From a virus (lineage: Duplodnaviria; Caudoviricetes): a DNA stretch of 32,296 nt. The notes beneath the pieces were generated by a model that was not told the DNA's origin, did no database searches, and saw only the letters and a list, made by a program, of their open reading frames with translations. Shown here piece by piece: positions 26,488 through 32,296 of this stretch. Position 1 is the stretch's first letter. The number at the start of each line of letters is the position of its first letter. The position numbers and the translations under genes were made by a program. The DNA lies in IMG/VR virus record IMGVR_UViG_3300017911_001987, positions 1-32,296 of that record; one strand, written 5' to 3'.

Positions 26488-27639
26488 ATGGCAAACTTAT
26501 TTGAAAGCAACTGGTCAGCAACCAAAGATGCGTTGATGGAAGGCCTAACAGGTCAACGTCAAAAAACTATGGATGTTGTCCTTGAGAATGCGAAAAAGCA
26601 ATTGTCAGAGGCAGCAAGCACAGGCGCAACAGGTGCTGGTTCAGTAGCGACATTAAACAAGGTTATGTTACCATTAATTAGAAGGGTTATGCCTTCAGTT
26701 ATTGCTAACGAACTAGTAGGCGTTCAGCCTATGACTGGTCCAGTAGGACAAATTCACACATTGCGTGTACGTTATGCAGAAACAGCTGCTGGCGTAAATG
26801 CAGGTACAGAAGCTCTATCACCATTTGCATTAGCAAATGCATATTCAGGTTCACCAGACGCTACAGCAAGTGCTGAAGGTACACCAGGACGTAAGATGAG
26901 CATTCAAATCTTGAAAGAAACAGTAGAAGCAAAGACAAGACGTCTATCAGCTCGCTGGACTTTCGAAGCAGCACAAGACGCAGAAGCAATGCATGGTGTT
27001 GACGTTGAGTCAGAAATCATGGCTGCTTTAGCACAGGAAATCGTAGTTGAAATCGACCAAGAAATTATCGGTTCACTACGCTCACTAGCAGGCGCAGGTA
27101 CAACTTTAGACTTCGGTTCATTAAGTGGTCAAAGCGTATACGTTGGTGACCGTCATGCTGCATTAGCAATTGAGATCAACAGAGCAGCTAACAGAATCGC
27201 AGCTAGAACAAGACGCGGTGCTGGTAACTACGTTGTTGTTTCTCCAGAAGCACTAACAATCCTTCAGTCAGCAAGCACATCAACATTTGCTCGCACAACA
27301 GAAGGTTCATTTGAAGCACCTACAAACACTAAGTTTGTTGGTACATTAAATGGTACTGTTAAAGTATTCGTGGACAACTACGCAGCTGATCAAGCTGACG
27401 GCGGTCCAGTAGTACTAGTAGGTTACAAAGGTTCATCAGAAACTGATGCTCCAGCGTTCTACTGCCCATACGTTCCTCTAATGAGCACAGGTCCAGTAAT
27501 GGATCCTGCAACATTTGAGCCAGTAGTGAGCTTTATGACACGTTATGGTTATAAAGAGCTTACAAACACTGCAAGTTCATTAGGTAACGCAGGTGACTAC
27601 GTTGATGCTATCACATTAGCAAACGTATCATTCCAGTAA
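26488..27639 (+). CDS. gp23: Major capsid protein
   Basis: PLIRRVMPSVIANELVGVQPMTGPVGQI, VEAKTRRLSARWTFEAAQD, AFYCPYVPL, FMTRYG. Confidence 0.97.
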   Translation: MANLFESNWSATKDALMEGLTGQRQKTMDVVLENAKKQLSEAASTGATGAGSVATLNKVMLPLIRRVMPSVIANELVGVQPMTGPVGQIHTLRVRYAETAAGVNAGTEALSPFALANAYSGSPDATASAEGTPGRKMSIQILKETVEAKTRRLSARWTFEAAQDAEAMHGVDVESEIMAALAQEIVVEIDQEIIGSLRSLAGAGTTLDFGSLSGQSVYVGDRHAALAIEINRAANRIAARTRRGAGNYVVVSPEALTILQSASTSTFARTTEGSFEAPTNTKFVGTLNGTVKVFVDNYAADQADGGPVVLVGYKGSSETDAPAFYCPYVPLMSTGPVMDPATFEPVVSFMTRYGYKELTNTASSLGNAGDYVDAITLANVSFQ

Positions 27640-27659
27640 GATTTAGTTTACTGAAAGTT

Positions 27660-27686
27660 AAAGCCCACTTAGGTGGGCTTTTTCTT
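27660..27686 (+). terminator. Rho-independent terminator after the capsid gene
   Basis: AAAGCCCAC-TTAG-GTGGGCTTT followed by TTCTT. Confidence 0.9.
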
Positions 27687-27711
27687 GACTGAATAAAGTT
27701 GCCCAAAAAGT

Positions 27712-27719
27712 GATAAATA
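27712..27719 (+). promoter_or_regulatory. Late promoter GATAAATA
   Basis: Exact octamer upstream of the 1247-aa gene. Confidence 0.8.
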
Positions 27720-27755
27720 GTTCTATATAATCCGTAAAATGGGAACGAAATCAGA

Positions 27756-30700
27756 ATGGCAAATAAACGCACCTATATCAACGCAGACGAAGAGTTAATA
27801 ATTCAGGGAAAGCTCACCATTGAGGGCGAGTTCGAACAACGTGATTTAATTAAAAACACTGTGGTACAGGTTGTAGAGTACGACGGTGAACAACTGATAG
27901 TTAACAGCGATGGTGTAGCCAAAACTGCTGCAAATGGACAAATAATTTCTGATCAGGTAACAGCGGCATCAGTGGTTTTACATTCAGGCACAAGTAATGT
28001 GTTCTTGACTTATAACGAGTCCAATGCTACACTAGCAGTATCTGGTGCAAATGCAGTATTCTCTAATAATATCACAGCAAATAATTACAGCGGTAATATT
28101 GTTTTATCAGTACCCAGAAATTTTACAATAAGCGGAGATGGTGTTGCGCCTGCACAAGCATTTGATGGTTCAGGTGACATAGATTTACCACTTACCCTTA
28201 ACACAGTAAATTCCAATGTCGGTACATTTGGAAATGCCAGCACAGCATTAACCTTTACAGTAAACAATAAAGGCTTGCTCACATCAGTAAGCGAAGCCGC
28301 AATAGATATCACAGCTTCACAAGTTAATGACTTTGAAACTGCTGCAGAAGCACTGTTTAGTGTAACCGATGCAGGCGGAGACGGATCATTAAGTTATAGT
28401 AATGGCGTATTTACTTACACAGGTCCAAACCAAGCAGAAGCGAATGCCCGTGTAGATGCCAGACTAAGTGGTGGCACAGGCATTGCATACAACAGTGGAG
28501 TAATTTCCACAGTGGATGCTGAAATAGTTCACGATGATTTAAGTGGATTTGTTACTAACGAACATATTGACCACAGTGACGTTGATTTAACAGCAGGTGA
28601 CGGTTTAAGTGGTGGTGGTGATATCACCACGTCAAGAAGTTTTTCAGTTGACAGCACCGTTGTTAGAACTACAGGCGCACAAAGCATTGCAGGCGAAAAA
28701 ACATTTACAGATCAAATCACACTGAGTGCTGATATTATACCGAGTACATCTAATACTTATAACATAGGTAGCACAACTCATCATGTCAATGATGTATTTG
28801 CTAATGTAGTACATGCTGAAAGACTGGATTTAGGTGATGCAGACTTATCAGATATTCATGCAACTTTCTATGCAGGCACACCAACAGGCACACTGGTATC
28901 AGCAGACGAAAGTATTGCTGGCGGTTTAATTTACCAACACAAAGCACCAGGGCAAACAGGTGCTGGTGGTTATTTCCGTGTCAATCCAGGAGATGGCCTA
29001 CAGATTTCAGGCAACGCAGTAGCAGTGGATAGCACTGTGATTAGAACAACAGGCAATCAAAGTTTAGCAGGTACAAAAACATTCACAGGCACAGTGGATT
29101 TAAGTGGTGCCACTGTACCCAGTTTTACAGTTGCAGGTAACCTGGATGTTACAGGCAATGTAAACTCTCTTAACTATGTGGATTTACAAGTACAAAATTC
29201 AGAAATTATATTAAACAGTAACGTTACTGTAGGACAAGATGCATTAATTAAAAATGAGCGAGGCTCATCAGGCAATGATACATATTTAAAATGGAATGAA
29301 GGAACTGACAGATGGCAGTTTAGTAATGATGGCAGTACAGATAATGACATGTTATTGTTGTCAGATTTCAGTGCTGTGGATTCAGGTGGTGATGGTTCAT
29401 TCAGTTATAACAGCTCAACAGGTGCATTTACCTACACAGGTCCAAGTGCTAGTGAAGTAAGAGCACACTTTAGTGCAGGCACGGGCATAAACATCAGTGC
29501 AGGCTCAATCAGCACAAACGATAATGCTATTGTGCATGATGATTTAAGTGGCTTTGTAGCAAACGAACACATAGATCACAGTGGCGTTAGTGTGCTTGCA
29601 GGCCAAGGTTTGACAGGTGGTGGTGATATCACTGCCAGTAGAACACTGGATGTTGTAGGCGGAGATGGTATTACTGTAAATGCAAACGACATAGAAGTTG
29701 ACGCCACAGTAGTAAGAACAACAGGCAATCAAAGTTTAGCAGGTACTAAAACATTCACTGGTGAGTTAATTATCCCAGCATCAGCAGCCACAGCAAACGG
29801 TGCAATTTATTATGATAATGCCCAAAGCAAAGCATTTATTTATGTGGGCGGTACAATACAGGAAATTACTCCAGCAGTTTCAGCAGGAACCGTGGAAGAT
29901 GTAGGTACAACTGGTATAAACATATTTGCAGGCAGCAGAACAGTAGGCAACGTAACATATCAAGGCATCAAGAGCATAGATGCTGGAACATATTTAGATA
30001 TTTCAGAAGCCAGCAACGTTATCAGCATTGCAGGTAATGTTACACAAATTCGTGGTGCTTTCACATCAAGCAGTGGCATAGATTATGACAGCAGCACTGG
30101 TGCATTCACCGCAGATTCTGCCGAGATTAGAAGTTTATTCTCAGCAATAGATTCAGGTGGTGATGGTTCATTTGGCTATAACAGTTCAACAGGTGCATTT
30201 ACCTACACAGGTCCCAGTGCAACAGAAGTAAGAGCACACTTTAGTGCTGGCACAGGCATCAACATTGTGGGCGGTGTGATCAGCACAACAGCAGACGATT
30301 ACGACAGTTGGACATTACAAACTGACTCAGGTGGCGGCAGTGCAGAAACCATAACCAGTAGCGAAACAGTAACATTCCAGGGCGGCACAAACATCACTGT
30401 TACCAATGTGGGCAATGTGGTCACAATCAGAAATGATAATGCAGCAGATATAGAAAGTGTTACTGCCGGCACAGGCTTAACAGGTGGTGGTAGTGCAGGT
30501 GCAATAACATTGTCACTAGACGAATCGCATGCTAGGGGATTAATAAGTGCATCAGGCAATCTAAGTTATAACAGCACCACAGGTGTAATGAGCTTCACAG
30601 AAAGAACTGACTCAGAGGTCAGAGGTTTAATAAGTGCAAGTGGCGATATATCATACAATGACTCAACTGGTGTAGTCAGCTTCACAGAAAGAACAGACGC

Positions 30701-31499
30701 AGAAGTGCGTGGTTTAATAAGTGCAAGTGGAGATTTAAGTTATAACAGCACCACAGGTGTAGTTAGTTATACAGAACCCACAATGTATGCAGACAGCGAT
30801 GCAAGAAGTGCTATTAGTGCAAGTGGTGATTTAAGTTATAACAGTGGCACTGGTGTAATGAGCTTCACAGAAAGAACAGATGCAGAAGTCAGAGGTTTAA
30901 TTTCAGCAGGCGGTGACTTATCATACAACAGTACTACTGGTGTTATGAGTTATACCAGAGGTCCTGGGGATATCGAAAGTGTTACAGCAGGCACCAACCT
31001 AAATGGTGGCGGCACATCAGGTGCAGTTACACTCAACCTGGACACCACACTAACAGGCATGACAGCGGCCACATTCAGTGGTACAGTAACAGCAAACCTG
31101 TTCAGCGGCACAGCAACAAGTGCAAGATATGCTGACTTAGCTGAGAAATATGAATCAGATCAAAATTATGTTGCAGGCACCGTGGTTGTATTTGGTGGTG
31201 AAAAAGAAATCACAGTAACCAATCAACACAATGACCACAGAGTTGCAGGTATCATATCCACAGATCCTGCATACATGATGAACTCAGAAGCAGATGGACA
31301 ATATGTAGCACTTCGTGGAAGAGTACCATGTAAAGTTATTGGTCCTGTACGTAAAGGTGATGTATTAATCACATCCAGCAGACCAGGTTTTGCTCAAGCA
31401 TGTGCTAATCCAATGAGCGTAAGTGCATGTTGCATAGTGGGTAAAGCACTGCAAGATCTAGAAACTCCGTCAGAAAGCGTCATAGAAGTAGTTGTTTAA
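27756..31499 (+). CDS. Repeat-rich virion fibre/structural protein with C-terminal chaperone-like domain (peptidase G2/IMC-like)
   Basis: Gly/Ser/Thr-rich repeats; C-terminal YADLAEKY...GTVVVFGG...VALRGRVPCKV.G.V.KGD domain common in phage fibres. Confidence 0.75.
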   Translation: MANKRTYINADEELIIQGKLTIEGEFEQRDLIKNTVVQVVEYDGEQLIVNSDGVAKTAANGQIISDQVTAASVVLHSGTSNVFLTYNESNATLAVSGANAVFSNNITANNYSGNIVLSVPRNFTISGDGVAPAQAFDGSGDIDLPLTLNTVNSNVGTFGNASTALTFTVNNKGLLTSVSEAAIDITASQVNDFETAAEALFSVTDAGGDGSLSYSNGVFTYTGPNQAEANARVDARLSGGTGIAYNSGVISTVDAEIVHDDLSGFVTNEHIDHSDVDLTAGDGLSGGGDITTSRSFSVDSTVVRTTGAQSIAGEKTFTDQITLSADIIPSTSNTYNIGSTTHHVNDVFANVVHAERLDLGDADLSDIHATFYAGTPTGTLVSADESIAGGLIYQHKAPGQTGAGGYFRVNPGDGLQISGNAVAVDSTVIRTTGNQSLAGTKTFTGTVDLSGATVPSFTVAGNLDVTGNVNSLNYVDLQVQNSEIILNSNVTVGQDALIKNERGSSGNDTYLKWNEGTDRWQFSNDGSTDNDMLLLSDFSAVDSGGDGSFSYNSSTGAFTYTGPSASEVRAHFSAGTGINISAGSISTNDNAIVHDDLSGFVANEHIDHSGVSVLAGQGLTGGGDITASRTLDVVGGDGITVNANDIEVDATVVRTTGNQSLAGTKTFTGELIIPASAATANGAIYYDNAQSKAFIYVGGTIQEITPAVSAGTVEDVGTTGINIFAGSRTVGNVTYQGIKSIDAGTYLDISEASNVISIAGNVTQIRGAFTSSSGIDYDSSTGAFTADSAEIRSLFSAIDSGGDGSFGYNSSTGAFTYTGPSATEVRAHFSAGTGINIVGGVISTTADDYDSWTLQTDSGGGSAETITSSETVTFQGGTNITVTNVGNVVTIRNDNAADIESVTAGTGLTGGGSAGAITLSLDESHARGLISASGNLSYNSTTGVMSFTERTDSEVRGLISASGDISYNDSTGVVSFTERTDAEVRGLISASGDLSYNSTTGVVSYTEPTMYADSDARSAISASGDLSYNSGTGVMSFTERTDAEVRGLISAGGDLSYNSTTGVMSYTRGPGDIESVTAGTNLNGGGTSGAVTLNLDTTLTGMTAATFSGTVTANLFSGTATSARYADLAEKYESDQNYVAGTVVVFGGEKEITVTNQHNDHRVAGIISTDPAYMMNSEADGQYVALRGRVPCKVIGPVRKGDVLITSSRPGFAQACANPMSVSACCIVGKALQDLETPSESVIEVVV
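30534..30957 (+). repeat. Five tandem ~29-aa (87-nt) repeats
   Basis: RGLISASGDLSYNSTTGVMSFTERTDAEV-type units. Confidence 0.9.
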
Positions 31500-31507
31500 C
31501 ACAAAAC

Positions 31508-31515
31508 GATAAATA
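31508..31515 (+). promoter_or_regulatory. Late promoter GATAAATA
   Basis: Exact octamer upstream of a structured leader and the ORF at 31592. Confidence 0.8.
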
Positions 31516-31522
31516 CTTATAA

Positions 31523-31579
31523 CGGCGTAGACAGTGTGGCTTCACACTGACAATGTTTTTACAAACATTGAACTGACCG
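31523..31579 (+). promoter_or_regulatory. Structured 5' leader (three-way junction)
   Basis: Two perfect hairpins, CAGTGTG-GCTT-CACACTG and CAATGTTT-TTAC-AAACATTG, enclosed by CGG..TAG/CTG..CCG. Confidence 0.6.
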
Positions 31580-31591
31580 GGGAAAAAGTTA

Positions 31592-32296
31592 ATGGCGATT
31601 TTTGGAAATTTCAAAGGTACAACTAAATCTGAGTTTCAGATTGGCAAATCATCTGGAACTAAAATATCTTCAGGCACACTGCCTGATTCAGATTTAACCG
31701 CAGGCGACATATATTTAGACGCCTCAAACACCAGTTTACAAGTCTACACAGGCAGTGCATGGCAAAACATTGGTAGTGCATTACCAGAACTAAATGTGGA
31801 TTCAGGTACACTGTTTGTGGATAGTGCAAATGATACAGTCAGTATTGGTTCTGTCAGCTCAAACGAAAAATTATTTGTAAACGGCAGTTTGAGATTAGGT
31901 ACCAACCCAAGCCTACAACACTCCGGTGCATATTTAGATCTAAGACATTCAAATGGTTCTGCTACACAGGTTCGTGTCAGAGATAACAGCAGTGGCAGTG
32001 ACCCCATATTCAAAGTTTATAATGCCAACAACAGCTCAGAAGTATTTAAGGTACAAGGTGCAAATGTAAGAATACATGATGCATACAACATGCCCACAGC
32101 AGATGGTACTGCTAATCAAATACTACAAACAGATGGCTCCGGCACACTGAGTTTTGTGGATAACAGTGCCACACCAGGCGGTGCTAATACGCAAATACAG
32201 TTTAATGATGACGGTGCGTTTGGTGGACATGCCAATTTATACTTTGACAAAAGTGGAGAGGTTTTTCAGTGTCCAAGTACTAAAAGTACAACAATC
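31592..32296 (+). CDS. Virion fibre/structural protein, 5' part (runs off the window)
   Basis: Hand translation MAIFGNFKGTTKSEFQIGK...GDIYLDASNTSLQVYTGSAW...MPTADGTANQILQTDGSGTLSF...PGGANTQIQFND; these are common fibre modules. Confidence 0.8.
   Translation, partial: MAIFGNFKGTTKSEFQIGKSSGTKISSGTLPDSDLTAGDIYLDASNTSLQVYTGSAWQNIGSALPELNVDSGTLFVDSANDTVSIGSVSSNEKLFVNGSLRLGTNPSLQHSGAYLDLRHSNGSATQVRVRDNSSGSDPIFKVYNANNSSEVFKVQGANVRIHDAYNMPTADGTANQILQTDGSGTLSFVDNSATPGGANTQIQFNDDGAFGGHANLYFDKSGEVFQCPSTKSTTI

Noticed and set aside
30534-30957. Tandem repeats as a CRISPR or guide-RNA array
   Set aside because: In-frame coding repeats with synonymous variation and no unique spacers.
31545-31575. Hammerhead-like CUGA...GAA in the fibre leader
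   Set aside because: The core reads CUGACAA and GAAC rather than CUGANGA and GAAA, and CUG is inside a stem.

Overview
Part of the genome of a large, distantly T4-like myophage (standard genetic code). From left to right it holds a minus-strand baseplate block (gp6-like partial, gp25, gp5-like spike, hub, gp53, tube initiator) and a sigma70-driven gp55/gp47/gp46 operon. Next come a small GIY-YIG nuclease followed by about 520 bp of highly structured non-coding sequence, a eukaryote-type phosphomannomutase, gp26/gp51-like chaperones, a tape-measure-like gene and a glycosyltransferase. The window ends with the head block (portal, acidic core protein, protease, scaffold, major capsid) and two repeat-rich virion fibre genes. 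Late genes share a GATAAATA promoter, a variant of T4 TATAAATA. The four most interesting observations are: (1) a candidate large structured ncRNA coupled to a minimal GIY-YIG nuclease and ending next to a tandem G-A zipper hairpin; (2) an apparent programmed -1 frameshift fusing gp26 to a start-less gp51-like ORF that the ORF track missed; (3) an 18-bp palindrome beside the late promoters at all three divergent junctions; (4) a probably inactive GH24 lysozyme domain on the spike. All product calls come from motif recognition and gene order, not from database searches.
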